Origin: an uncultured Eubacteriales bacterium | Lineage (GTDB): Bacteria; Bacillota; Clostridia; HGM11514 | Length of the DNA: 64,000 nt | Assembly: GCA_902492655.1 (NCBI GenBank) | Contig: CABUMF010000007.1 | Span: forward strand, 1,191-65,190 | Direction: 5' to 3' | In this document: one piece after another, positions 29,083-38,989 of the stretch | Position numbering within the stretch: the first letter of the stretch is position 1 | How the letters are laid out: each line of letters starts with the position of its first letter | Made by a program: the position numbers and the translations under genes | Notes under the pieces: model-generated | Databases searched by the model: none | Told to the model about the DNA's origin: nothing | Seen by the model: only the letters and a program-made list of their open reading frames with translations

Positions 29083-29952
29083 GTGATAAAAATGGAATAT
29101 CTTACAGCCGAAAACATTGATTTTTCATTATTGGCAGCCGGAAAATACTCCACCGAGGGAAAGGTGAAAGATAAGGGTGCGGTGTCGAACAAGAAGCTTA
29201 TGGAGCTTTTCAGATTAAGCTGGAATTATTATGTAATAGATCTGATAACCGAAGGCAAGGCGATTATAACGACAAACGGTGTTAAAAGGGAATATAAGCC
29301 GGGGGAAATAAACCTAAGAAAGCCGGGGGAAATAACCCAGCAGGACCCTTATTGCGTTTACTCATGCGTATATGCGCATATACAGATAAAAAAGGCAGGT
29401 GTGTCAGGCGACAGCAAAACGGGATACTCCTGCATATTGGATTCCCTTCCCGAGAAGCCGAGCTCCAAGAATTTTGATCATCTTGTAAACCTTTGCATGA
29501 ATCTTCAGAGATATACCTCGGCAACGGGAGAATGTGCGGAGTATTTCAAAAAGCAGTTGGCGCTCAGGATAATTGCCGAGCTTTGCGAGGCGTATGCCGT
29601 CGACGGGCTTCCCAACAGCAAGAAGTACAACACCAGGATAAACCGAGCATTGGATTATATAGAAAACCAAATTTATTTTGAAAAAATAAGCATAGACGAA
29701 TTGGCAGAAATTTCGGGGCTCAGCACAAAGTATTTCCAAAGAGCGTTCAAGGAAGCAACCGGCGCAACCCCGGCAAAATATATGCTTAACAGAAAAATGG
29801 AGCTTTCAATGGAGTATGTTGTGGGGAACAGCTACACCATTACCGAAATTGCGGATATTTTCGGCTTTCAGAATGTATCGTACTTTATACGGAAGTTTAA
29901 GGAATACTACGGAATAACGCCGGCGCAGTACAGAAACGGCCGCAAAGAATAA
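29083..29952 (+). CDS. AraC-family transcriptional regulator
   Basis: C-terminal dual HTH (IDELAEISGLSTKYFQRAFKEATGATPAKYMLNRKMELSMEYV...ITEIADIFGFQNVSYFIRKFKEYYGITPAQYR); TTGCAA-18-TATAAT promoter upstream. Confidence 0.8.
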   Translation: MIKMEYLTAENIDFSLLAAGKYSTEGKVKDKGAVSNKKLMELFRLSWNYYVIDLITEGKAIITTNGVKREYKPGEINLRKPGEITQQDPYCVYSCVYAHIQIKKAGVSGDSKTGYSCILDSLPEKPSSKNFDHLVNLCMNLQRYTSATGECAEYFKKQLALRIIAELCEAYAVDGLPNSKKYNTRINRALDYIENQIYFEKISIDELAEISGLSTKYFQRAFKEATGATPAKYMLNRKMELSMEYVVGNSYTITEIADIFGFQNVSYFIRKFKEYYGITPAQYRNGRKE

Positions 29953-30020
29953 AAGGGCTTTCAGTCCTTTTATTTTTTTGACTTGTTGTGCCGAATTGCA
30001 AAAAAATTCAAATCCTCCGG

Positions 30021-30054
30021 CAAATAAAGAAAGCGAAGGCAACCCTTCGCTTTC
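30021..30054 (-). terminator. Terminator of 30071..31741 gene
   Basis: Hairpin gaaagcgaagg..ccttcgctttc plus U-tract on minus strand. Confidence 0.45.
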
Positions 30055-30070
30055 TAAAGCCGTTAAGCTA

Positions 30071-31741
30071 TTATTTTGTAACCATGTAAGGCGTGAATGT
30101 GTAAGTACCGTCAGCTGTGATAGCGTTACCGAATACTCTGATTGCAAATGAACCGTCTGCAGAAATGCTAACCGCAGGAAGGTCAAGAGAATTTGTACCG
30201 TCCGAAAGAGTAACGCCGGCACTTTCTACATCCAAAGCACTGTAGTTGTCAATCTTTGCATACTGGATGTAGTTTACATTGTTGTAAACCGTTTCGCCGA
30301 TTGTAAAGCTGTCAGCCTTTTGGTTTTCGCCCTTAACGAGTGCGGGAATTTTAGGCGGAATTACTTCAAACTTAACATCGAGAACAGCGTCAGATGTAGG
30401 AGTAATTGTAATCTGGCTTGCAGCTTCGCGATTTGCAGGGGTGATGTCCTCATTGTTGTAAGTAATGGAAGCTATCTGGTATCCGCTATTGGGAGCAACA
30501 TCGAGTGTTACCGGTGTTCCGGATACAACGGGGAGGCTATCGCCGTTTGAAAGCGTATAGTCAACATATGCGGTTGACTTTTTAACAGAACCGTCGCCGC
30601 TTACCTTAACTATTGTATCCACCGTGTTAGAAGCAAACTTCTGAAGTCTTATATCCGTGATATAGTAGATGAAATCTGCCGGATAATCATTTGCACCGAT
30701 TCTGAGCTGAAAGTTAAGGGTGGAGAAAGCAGCAGCTTCGCCAAGTGTTGCGGTATCAAAAACCAAGTCAAAATGCTTTCTTGTTTTGCCGAGTGTGAAA
30801 TCCACCTGTGTGTATTTTTTGGCTGCGGAATCAAACAAGATTCCTATGCTTGACTTACTTTCATATGAGCTCGGGCAGGACTCATCGAGCCAAGCGTCAA
30901 AGGAAAGTCTGTACTTTGTGTTAGCATCGAAGGTATATGCCTCAGCAAGCATAATTTTGTCTTTCATATTAAGCTTCCAAATCTTATCTCCGTCAGCGTC
31001 GGTTGATACAACGGGTTCCGTATGATAGTATGTACCGTATCTGAAAAGCGGAACTCCGTCTATCTTCCATTGATTAACAAACATATAATCGGAAGTTACA
31101 TAGGCTTCTCCTTGGCTCTTGTTTGCAACGAGCTTAAGATCCTTGACATAAGCTGTATATACTTCATTATTCGGCATGTTTACAAAGAAACGAACTACGC
31201 CGGAATAAGCCAATCTTTCTCCCGAGATTTTGTTGGATATAACCGAATCAAAGTCGAGGTCATAAGTCCATTCGGTGTAGCCGTTTTCATCGGTTGCGCC
31301 TTTTGTTTTCGTTGCCGCAACACTGGAATCCTTCCAGTAGCTGGTACCAGGGCCGAGGGATGCCGAATCATCTGAATTAACAACGAAAACACCGACATTT
31401 GAGGGTTCAATTCCCTTAACCTTAAGTGTGAGAGTGTACTTAGCGCCCTGCACCAGTCTGAAATAGTGATAATTCGTCTGGAATCTTGTTCCGGTCGAGG
31501 CTCCGTTAGATACAAACTTGAAAGCATTTTCCGTTGCATCCCATGTACCGGTTGCAGAATTTCCCGCCCAGGTGTAATTAGTAACATCATTAGCGGAATT
31601 GAGTGTAAAAATCGTATCCTCATAGGAATCCGTTTCTGCGGCAAAAGCAACAACACTGATGCATGAAAGAATCATACAAAGCGTCAGAGCAAGTGCCAAA
31701 AGTTTTGTCAGTTTTTTCATTTTGATTGTGCCACCTTTCAA
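30071..31741 (-). CDS. Secreted protein (556 aa), paralog of 27269..28942
   Basis: Identical signal peptide and near-identical C-terminal domain to 27269..28942 product; diverged central region. Confidence 0.7.
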   Translation of the reverse strand: MKGGTIKMKKLTKLLALALTLCMILSCISVVAFAAETDSYEDTIFTLNSANDVTNYTWAGNSATGTWDATENAFKFVSNGASTGTRFQTNYHYFRLVQGAKYTLTLKVKGIEPSNVGVFVVNSDDSASLGPGTSYWKDSSVAATKTKGATDENGYTEWTYDLDFDSVISNKISGERLAYSGVVRFFVNMPNNEVYTAYVKDLKLVANKSQGEAYVTSDYMFVNQWKIDGVPLFRYGTYYHTEPVVSTDADGDKIWKLNMKDKIMLAEAYTFDANTKYRLSFDAWLDESCPSSYESKSSIGILFDSAAKKYTQVDFTLGKTRKHFDLVFDTATLGEAAAFSTLNFQLRIGANDYPADFIYYITDIRLQKFASNTVDTIVKVSGDGSVKKSTAYVDYTLSNGDSLPVVSGTPVTLDVAPNSGYQIASITYNNEDITPANREAASQITITPTSDAVLDVKFEVIPPKIPALVKGENQKADSFTIGETVYNNVNYIQYAKIDNYSALDVESAGVTLSDGTNSLDLPAVSISADGSFAIRVFGNAITADGTYTFTPYMVTK

Positions 31742-31871
31742 AAATAATATATTTTATATTTTGATTATACCATATTATTATTTAGTTTACAAGAATAATT
31801 TTACAAACAATATGCACATATATTTATTTTTTCAAGTTAAATTTTTGTGAATTTTAACAAATGAGAGAATT

Positions 31872-33332
31872 TCAGGAAGACCTCTTGTTTTTATGTCTTA
31901 TAATCTTGTGCCATGTACCGGGATTGATAAGCACAAGCATGGGGAAAATTTCAAGTCTGCCGGCGATCATATCGAAGCAGAAAACATACTTTGACAAATC
32001 CGAAAATCCGGCAAAATTCCCCGTTGCGCCCACAGCGTCAAAGCCGGGGCCGATGTTGTTAATCGTAGCCGCCACCGCTGTGAAATTGGTGTTCATGCTG
32101 AAGTTGTCAAGCGAAATTACGAGAACCGACACGATGTACACCAGAATATACGAAATAATGAAGGTATTTACCGAGCGGATTGTTCCGTGCTCCACGAGCT
32201 TGCCTTCAAACCTGACCTTTTTGACGGTTCTGGGGTGGATAAGCCTTGAAAGCTCGTTGACGAAGGATTTCCAAAGAATAACAATTCTCGAAACCTTTAT
32301 GCCGCCGCCCGTACTTCCGGCGCAGGCACCGATGAACATAAGAAGCAGGATTATCTGCTTTGCAAAGGAGGGAAAATTGTTAAAATCCGTTGTTGAAAAG
32401 CCTGTGGTTGTCATAATCGAAGCGGTCTGGAAAAGAGCGTGGCGAAGCCCCTCCTCCGCCTCGAACATCTCGCCCGTTGAAAAGGCTATAAGAAGGGTTG
32501 CCGAAAGTGCAATCGCAATATACCAGCGAAGTTCCTCGTTTTTAAGTGCCTGCCTTATGCGGCGGGCAACAATAAGGAAATAAACCGAAAAATTGACGCC
32601 GAACAAAAGCATGAACACCGCCACAACATACTGTGCGCTTGCAGGATAGCTCACGAGGCTGTCGTTATAAATTGCGAAGCCCCCCGTACCTGCCGTTCCG
32701 AAGGATGTTGTGATTGCGTCAAAGGGTTCTCTGCCACAAAGGATAAGCGCAAAAAACTCCAAAAGGGTGAGAGCGGTATAAATAATGTAGAGAGCCTTTG
32801 AGGTGTCCTTCATTTTGGGCATGATTTTGCCCACCTGAGGGCCGGGGCTTTCCGCACGCATTATATGTATTGCGGCGCTGTCTATCGGGAAAAGAGTGAG
32901 CATGAAAACCAGAACTCCCATTCCGCCTATCCAATGTGAAAAGCTTCTCCAGAAAAGAGAACAGCGAGGGAGTGCCTCAATATCGGAAAGTATGCTCGAG
33001 CCGGTTGTTGTAAAGCCGGAAACTATTTCAAAAAAAGCGTCGGCAACCTTTGGAATATCGCCCGAAAGAAGGAACGGCAAGCACCCGAACGCACTCATTG
33101 CAAGCCAGCTAAGCGCAACCGAAACCAAGCCCTCCTTTGCGTAAAACGCAGTATCGGACGGCTTTTTGAAGGTCATCAAAAATCCCGCAACAAATGTGAT
33201 TGCGGCAACTATAAAAAAGTATTTCGCCTGCTCCTCCCCGTAGTAAATCCCCACGAACCCCGGAAGAAGCAAAAGACTGCCCTCTATCTTAAGAACATAA
33301 CCTACAATATACGCTAAAATTCCAAAATTCAT
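31872..33332 (-). CDS. trkH: Trk/Ktr-type potassium uptake membrane subunit
   Basis: 486 aa multi-TM protein with TrkH-like GFSTTG-type selectivity loops (SGFTTTGSSIL, TTTGFSTTDF). Confidence 0.85.
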   Translation of the reverse strand: MNFGILAYIVGYVLKIEGSLLLLPGFVGIYYGEEQAKYFFIVAAITFVAGFLMTFKKPSDTAFYAKEGLVSVALSWLAMSAFGCLPFLLSGDIPKVADAFFEIVSGFTTTGSSILSDIEALPRCSLFWRSFSHWIGGMGVLVFMLTLFPIDSAAIHIMRAESPGPQVGKIMPKMKDTSKALYIIYTALTLLEFFALILCGREPFDAITTSFGTAGTGGFAIYNDSLVSYPASAQYVVAVFMLLFGVNFSVYFLIVARRIRQALKNEELRWYIAIALSATLLIAFSTGEMFEAEEGLRHALFQTASIMTTTGFSTTDFNNFPSFAKQIILLLMFIGACAGSTGGGIKVSRIVILWKSFVNELSRLIHPRTVKKVRFEGKLVEHGTIRSVNTFIISYILVYIVSVLVISLDNFSMNTNFTAVAATINNIGPGFDAVGATGNFAGFSDLSKYVFCFDMIAGRLEIFPMLVLINPGTWHKIIRHKNKRSS

Positions 33333-34693
33333 TACTTGAAAATATCCTTAAAATCGTTAAATTGCTTATGGATTGTAGCAACAATAACCCTGTCGCCCGA
33401 CTTTATTATGTCATCTCCGTCAGGGAGGATAATGTGCTCCCTTCTGTTGATTGCGCAAATAATAAGGTCATCCTTAAGCTTAATGTCACGGAGGGGTATT
33501 CCGAGATTGGGAGCGTTGTCGCCCACCTTGAACTCCAGTGCCTCAAGCCTGCCGTCGCACAGCTTGTAGAGGGTTTCGATATTGTTCCCGAGGGCGTTCT
33601 GCTTTGCCCTTACATACTGCAAAATATTCTCTACGGTTATGTCGTGAGGATAGATTACGCTGTCAAGATTGAGCTTTGATATAAGCTCGTCAAAAATAAT
33701 CCTGTCGATTTTCGTTACCACCTTAACATCGGTAAGCTCGTTGGCGAAGAGGGATAAAACGACATTTTCCTCATCAAAGCCTGTGAGAGTAACGAAAGCG
33801 TCCGCCGACTCTATTCCCTCCTCCAAAAGAAGGTCACGATCGGACGCATCCCCGTGGATAATCATTGCGCCGGGGAGCAGATCCACAAGCTCAAGGCACC
33901 GCTTTTCGTCAATCTCTATAATTTTGACATTTATCTTTGAATCGAGAAGCTCCCTTGCAAGATAATAAGCCATTGTGCCGCCGCCGGCAATCATGACATC
34001 CCGTACACTGCTCACTCCGATGTTTATGTGCCTGAAAAACTTGACGGCGTCCTTGGGCTTTATTACAACCGACGCCTTATCCCCCGCCCTGAGAACAAAA
34101 TCACCCGAAGGGATAATAAATTCGTCCTCCCTCACAATTCCGCAGAAAATAATTCCCGATTCGATTTTTGAGCGGACATAGGTAAGGTCACGCCCCGCAA
34201 TGGGCGAATTTTCGGGGATCTTGAAGGTGAGCATTTCCACCTTGCCCTTTGAAAAGGTGTTGATTTCAATGGCAGAGGGCAGTCTTAAAATCCTCGCAAT
34301 TTCGGTTGCCGCCGTAAATTCGGGGTTGATTACCATGGAAAGCGCAACCTGCTCCTTGATATACGGAATTTCCGAAAGATACATTGGGTTATGAACCCTT
34401 GCGATGGTGGAGCAGCCTGCCGCCTTTTTGGCAAACAGACAGCAAAGAAGGTTCTTTTCGTCAGACCCCGTAACCGCTATCATAAGATCGGCGGCGGCAA
34501 TATTCGCCTCGGACAGTGCAGAGTAATTAAGCCCGTCCCCCACAATACCGAGGGCATCGTTTGAATCGCAAATCTCGCTGATTCTCTCGGCGTTGCTGTC
34601 AACCACCGTCACATCATGCCCTTCCGAAGTCAGGGAATTTGTGAGCCTTCTGCCTGCCTTTCCCGCACCGACAATAATAATCTTCATCAGCAT
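33332..34693 (-). CDS. trkA: Trk system NAD-binding regulatory subunit
   Basis: 453 aa with two RCK/Rossmann repeats (IIIVGAGKAGRRL..., IAGGGTMAYYLAREL...). Confidence 0.85.
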   Translation of the reverse strand: MLMKIIIVGAGKAGRRLTNSLTSEGHDVTVVDSNAERISEICDSNDALGIVGDGLNYSALSEANIAAADLMIAVTGSDEKNLLCCLFAKKAAGCSTIARVHNPMYLSEIPYIKEQVALSMVINPEFTAATEIARILRLPSAIEINTFSKGKVEMLTFKIPENSPIAGRDLTYVRSKIESGIIFCGIVREDEFIIPSGDFVLRAGDKASVVIKPKDAVKFFRHINIGVSSVRDVMIAGGGTMAYYLARELLDSKINVKIIEIDEKRCLELVDLLPGAMIIHGDASDRDLLLEEGIESADAFVTLTGFDEENVVLSLFANELTDVKVVTKIDRIIFDELISKLNLDSVIYPHDITVENILQYVRAKQNALGNNIETLYKLCDGRLEALEFKVGDNAPNLGIPLRDIKLKDDLIICAINRREHIILPDGDDIIKSGDRVIVATIHKQFNDFKDIFK

Positions 34694-34833
34694 TACCTCG
34701 TAGTAGATAAATTTTAGATACTATTCTAACATCAATTACAGGTTTTTGCAATGGGTAAAATACAAATTTTTTCAAATTCCTTTTAGGTTATGCTCTTGCA
34801 TTTACAAAATAATTATGGTAATATTAAATACGG

Positions 34834-35361
34834 GTGACAATTATGATACTTATTGGCAACGCACTTTCCTTTCTGGCGGCGATGTTTCTTTTTCTGAGCA
34901 GCATACTAAAAAAGAAGGATAAAATTTTCATATTTCAGTTTTTCGAGTGTGCAACGCTTGCGGTTGCGTCCTTCTTTTTCGGGGCATACGCAGGCATTTC
35001 CACGCTTCTTTTAAGTGCGGTCAGGAATGTGCTCATTGCAAAAAACAAGTTCGGAAAAACTCTCATGTACGTGTTTTTGATTTTGACCGTCACCCTCGGG
35101 ATTATCACAAACAACAAAGGAATAGTGGGACTCATGCCGGTAATCGCCACCGTTCAGATAACCGTCTGCGGCTGCGTGTTTCAAGGGATACTCGAAACAA
35201 AAATCAGCATAGCCGCAAACACCGTCATATGGGTTGTGTACTCCTTTATAATAAAGGACTTTTCAACGGGAATTATCGACTCGATAGTTTTTGTTGCGGC
35301 GGTTGCCTCAACGGTTAAATTCATAAAAGAATCCCGAAAACATACCCGAAACGCTTGTTGA
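34834..35361 (+). CDS. Small inner-membrane protein, YgjV-like
   Basis: 175 aa, predicted multi-TM hydrophobic protein. Confidence 0.45.
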   Translation: MTIMILIGNALSFLAAMFLFLSSILKKKDKIFIFQFFECATLAVASFFFGAYAGISTLLLSAVRNVLIAKNKFGKTLMYVFLILTVTLGIITNNKGIVGLMPVIATVQITVCGCVFQGILETKISIAANTVIWVVYSFIIKDFSTGIIDSIVFVAAVASTVKFIKESRKHTRNAC

Positions 35362-37204
35362 TTTTTGCCCTTCCCGGCTTAGCCGTTTCATCGTTTGTTG
35401 CAAGGATTTCCTTTATTTCGATGTCAAAATCCGCGCGGTCGGTAAATTCTCTTAATAAAATGACATAATTGTTGCTGTAGCCCTCTATTTTGAAGCCCGT
35501 ACACGAAAAACCGTCGGGCATATCGAAAATCGGGGTTACCGTGCCGAAATCATTTCTGTATTTTTTATATACGGAGATGATTTTTTTCAGCCTTTCTTTG
35601 TTTTCCTCGGAAAGCTCCGAAAGCTCCGCCCACAAAAGAGGATGAGAAACCATGACGGACGCAAAAAGATAGTCAATGTCATATTTTTCTGGGGACAAAA
35701 TGTCGTCCGTACCGTATTTTTCCATGGATTTTCCGTTGTCGGGAATTTCAAACTGGAACCTTTTCGAGGGAATGTATTTTGACAAAAGCCAAAGATTTCT
35801 AAGCGTTGCGTGGGGATGATAATTCCCTAAATGCACGTATCTGTTTTCCACAAAAAGCTGACCGAAATGCCTGTTAAGAAGGTATCCGAAACGCTTTCCG
35901 GCGGTGATGTCCATGTTGAATTTTATGCGGCTGAAGCTTTTTGACGCAATGTATTCAAGCATATCCGTCACATTTTTCTCCGCCGCCTTTGAGCGGATGT
36001 TTATTCCGTCAAGCTTAAAATAGCGTATTCCGTAGGAGGAAAACAGAGAAAGCATTGTTTCTGCGTCCGCCTTCCATGCGCTGTAATCGTTTTCACCGTC
36101 CGGAGAGAACCACAGCCCGAGCTCAACTCCCCTTTCCCTTGCATAGTCGGAAAGAGCGGAAAAACCCGAGGGGAACTTTTCTTCGTCCACCGCCCAGAAG
36201 TCGGCATCGGCGCTTCTGTAGCCTTCGCCCCAGGGCTTGTTTTCGGCGGAAAATGAGGAGTTTGCGCTTTTTCCCTTTTGCCAGCCGTCATCAATCTGAA
36301 CAATGTCAACCCCCAAATATGATGCGCTGTCGATTTCCTTCTTTATAAATTCCTCGCAAACACGGGAATCCTTGTTTCCGCCGCCCCAGGTGTTTGACAT
36401 GATGTAAGGGGTGGTTTCCTCAAGGCTTTCATTGTAGTAGAACTTGATAATATCCCTCTGCTCCCCCGGCTTGCAAAGAGCCATTGCCACGCTGTAGCCG
36501 AAGGTGTATTCCTCATCGTTTATTTTTTCGTAATCTATACCGCTTCCGGCAATGTGCATATCCTCAAGCGGCTCCGCGTAAAAATCGCTGTATTTTTTGT
36601 TTAAGTGGGAAGTTTTGCAGGGGGAATTTTTGATTATCACCAATTCCTCATCGTGAATTTTATCGTTAAGCATAAAAATATGCCCGTCGTACCTTGTGCT
36701 CCCCCAAAGACAGTAAAGCGGAACGGTGCTCTCTTGCATAACCACATCGGTTCTGTCGGTGTTGTCAAAAAACTCAAGCCTTGTTAAGTCAACCGTTTTT
36801 GAAAGCGTGCCGACGGACTCTGTAAACTCCCCGCACGCGTTCTCTCTTTCGGCTTCAATTCCGTCCGCATCCCTTTGGGAAATAAAATCCTGACTTACAG
36901 GGCTTCCCTTGACTGCGATCTGGGTTTCAAAAAACCTGTGGGAATCGGAAATTTTAAATAACCATTTTACATCGTGATTTTCGGTATGGAAAATAACGGA
37001 GTAGCCGAAGGTTTCAATGTCCGCACCCCGAAGGTCAATCCCCGGAAGGCTTATTACATCGGAATCCTTCCCCTCCCATATAAAACCCGTTTCCTTGTTT
37101 TTCATCATGGTTTTGTAGGGAACGCTGTCGCGAAAATAAATATTCCTTTCAAAATAGCTGTTTTCCAAATGAAGAACATCGTTTTCAAAGCTGAAATTAA
37201 TCAT
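35321..37204 (-). CDS. Glycoside hydrolase, alpha-galactosidase-like (GH36/GH27 clan)
   Basis: 627 aa; IDDGWQ motif and TIM-barrel-like catalytic region (KLDGIN... FKLDG). Confidence 0.55.
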   Translation of the reverse strand: MINFSFENDVLHLENSYFERNIYFRDSVPYKTMMKNKETGFIWEGKDSDVISLPGIDLRGADIETFGYSVIFHTENHDVKWLFKISDSHRFFETQIAVKGSPVSQDFISQRDADGIEAERENACGEFTESVGTLSKTVDLTRLEFFDNTDRTDVVMQESTVPLYCLWGSTRYDGHIFMLNDKIHDEELVIIKNSPCKTSHLNKKYSDFYAEPLEDMHIAGSGIDYEKINDEEYTFGYSVAMALCKPGEQRDIIKFYYNESLEETTPYIMSNTWGGGNKDSRVCEEFIKKEIDSASYLGVDIVQIDDGWQKGKSANSSFSAENKPWGEGYRSADADFWAVDEEKFPSGFSALSDYARERGVELGLWFSPDGENDYSAWKADAETMLSLFSSYGIRYFKLDGINIRSKAAEKNVTDMLEYIASKSFSRIKFNMDITAGKRFGYLLNRHFGQLFVENRYVHLGNYHPHATLRNLWLLSKYIPSKRFQFEIPDNGKSMEKYGTDDILSPEKYDIDYLFASVMVSHPLLWAELSELSEENKERLKKIISVYKKYRNDFGTVTPIFDMPDGFSCTGFKIEGYSNNYVILLREFTDRADFDIEIKEILATNDETAKPGRAKINKRFGYVFGILL

Positions 37205-37334
37205 AATAATTATTCCTTAATCTTTCATTATTCATTTTTCACTATTCATTGAGTTCATTTTTGATGAACTCATTATATCACATAACGCTCTGAAATACAA
37301 GAATTATTTGAGGTTCGTGGCAAAAAAAGAAAGG

Positions 37335-37372
37335 GTATAGCAAAATTTCAATAAATCATTTTGCTACACCCT
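37335..37372 (-). terminator. Terminator downstream of fucO
   Basis: 14-bp stem gggtatagcaaaat/attttgctacaccc; U-run on minus strand (and weaker on plus). Confidence 0.45.
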
Positions 37373-37497
37373 CTTTTAGGGCTGAAGAAAAATAGTGCAG
37401 AATGGACAAACTGAGGCAAAACAAGATTTTTGCTTGTTTTGCGTACCCGAAGCTGTATGAGATACTGCGAGAGGCGAAGTTTGTTCATAGCATAAAG
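37369..37497 (-). repeat. B-element copy (inverted relative to 57281..57399) lying in fucO 3' UTR
   Basis: About 125 nt with about 85% identity to reverse complement of 57281..57399, including the hairpin region with compensatory changes. Confidence 0.5.
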
Positions 37498-37558
37498 TAT
37501 ATAATTTTATTCAAAATTATTGTACTTTATGCGATCTGTGCATTTTTATGCAGTCCAA

Positions 37559-38716
37559 TTACATAAGCTTGAGATAAAGCTCCTTTATTTCTTCCACGCT
37601 TGTATCCCTTGGGTTTCCGGGACGGCAAGCATCGTCGAATGCGGACTGCGCAAGGAAGTCAACATCCTCTTTCTTCACGATTTCCTTAAGGTCGGCAGGT
37701 ATTCCAACATCGCTCGAAAGCTTCTTGACAGCATCGATTGCGGCTTTCCTTGCATCCTCAAGGCTCATATCGTCCACGCCGCAAACGCCCATAGCCTTTG
37801 CGATGTCCCTGTACTTTTCGCCCGTTGCGGGAGCATTGTATTCCATAACCGTAGGAAGAATTATAGCGTTTGCAATGCCGTGGGGGGTGTCATAAAGAGC
37901 TCCCAGGGGGTGAGCCATCGAATGAACAATGCCAAGGCCTACATTTGAAAAGCCCATTCCGGCAATGTACTGTCCGAGAGCCATGCCTTCCCTGCCCTCG
38001 GTTGTGTTTTCAACCGCTCCGCGAAGGTTCTTTGCGATTATCTCGATAGCCTTGATGTGGAACATATCGCTCATTTCCCATGCACCCTTTGTGATATAGC
38101 CCTCGATTGCGTGGGTTAAAGCGTCCATTCCGGTAGCGGCGGTAAGCCCTTTCGGCATTGTTGACATCATGTCGGGGTCGACAACCGCAACAACGGGAAT
38201 GTCATGAACATCAACGCAAACCATTTTGCGGTTCTTTTGCGCATCGGTGATAACATAGTTTATGGTTACCTCAGCCGCCGTACCTGCCGTTGTGGGGACA
38301 GCGATAATCGGTGTGCATTTGTTTTTTGTGGGAGCAACGCCTTCCAGAGAGCGCACATCGGCAAATTCGGGATTTTCAACAATTATGCCGATTGCCTTTG
38401 CGGTGTCCATTGAGGAACCGCCCCCGATTGCAACAATGCAGTCCGCACCGCTTGCCTTAAAGGCAGCAACACCCGACTGAACATTTTCGATTGTCGGATT
38501 TGCCTTGATTTCGCTGAAAAGCTCGTAAGGGATTTTAGCATTATCAAGAACATCGGTAACCTTTTTTGTAACATCGAACTTGATAAGGTCGGGGTCCGAG
38601 CATACGAACGCCTTTTTGAAAGCCCTTGCCTTAATTTCGGTTGCAATTTCGTTAATTGCGCCCTTGCCGTGATAGCTTGTTTCGTTGAGAACAAATCTGT
38701 TTGCCATAAATTTCAC
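37559..38716 (-). CDS. fucO: Lactaldehyde reductase / 1,2-propanediol oxidoreductase (Fe-dependent alcohol dehydrogenase)
   Basis: MANRFVLNETSYHGKGAI... very close to E. coli FucO (MANRMILNETAWFGRGAV...) along the full length as recalled from memory. Confidence 0.85.
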   Translation of the reverse strand: MKFMANRFVLNETSYHGKGAINEIATEIKARAFKKAFVCSDPDLIKFDVTKKVTDVLDNAKIPYELFSEIKANPTIENVQSGVAAFKASGADCIVAIGGGSSMDTAKAIGIIVENPEFADVRSLEGVAPTKNKCTPIIAVPTTAGTAAEVTINYVITDAQKNRKMVCVDVHDIPVVAVVDPDMMSTMPKGLTAATGMDALTHAIEGYITKGAWEMSDMFHIKAIEIIAKNLRGAVENTTEGREGMALGQYIAGMGFSNVGLGIVHSMAHPLGALYDTPHGIANAIILPTVMEYNAPATGEKYRDIAKAMGVCGVDDMSLEDARKAAIDAVKKLSSDVGIPADLKEIVKKEDVDFLAQSAFDDACRPGNPRDTSVEEIKELYLKLM

Positions 38717-38773
38717 TCCTTTTTTTGATTAAGTTAATGTAACTTAACTATATTTTACACCGAAAAACAAAGT

Positions 38774-38791
38774 TTGTCAATATTTTGACAA
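38774..38791. promoter_or_regulatory. Palindrome TTGTCAA-tatt-TTGACAA in fucO promoter region
   Basis: Read directly; about 60 nt upstream of fucO ATG; may simply contain the -35 element. Confidence 0.25.
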
Positions 38792-38989
38792 TATTTTGTT
38801 TCATTGTTTTTAAAATAAAATTTATCACGAAGGCCACACATTTATCATTTCCCAAAAACAAACAAATACTCATGAGCAATGAGCAAAAAATTATATTTTA
38901 CGCTGTTGGTTTTAATGAACGCAAAAAAACCGCAATTTCGTGAAAAACTGCGGTTTTCTTTATGGGAAATAACTCTAATTTTGATAAAA

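Noticed and set aside
29282-29345. Direct DNA repeat CCGGGGGAAATAA x2 inside AraC gene
   Set aside because: It simply encodes a duplicated KPGEI peptide in frame. There is no evidence of a regulatory or mobile function.
34694-34833. c-di-AMP (ydaO/kimA) riboswitch upstream of trkA-trkH
   Set aside because: The leader is only about 140 nt including the promoter and lacks the conserved ydaO motif blocks.
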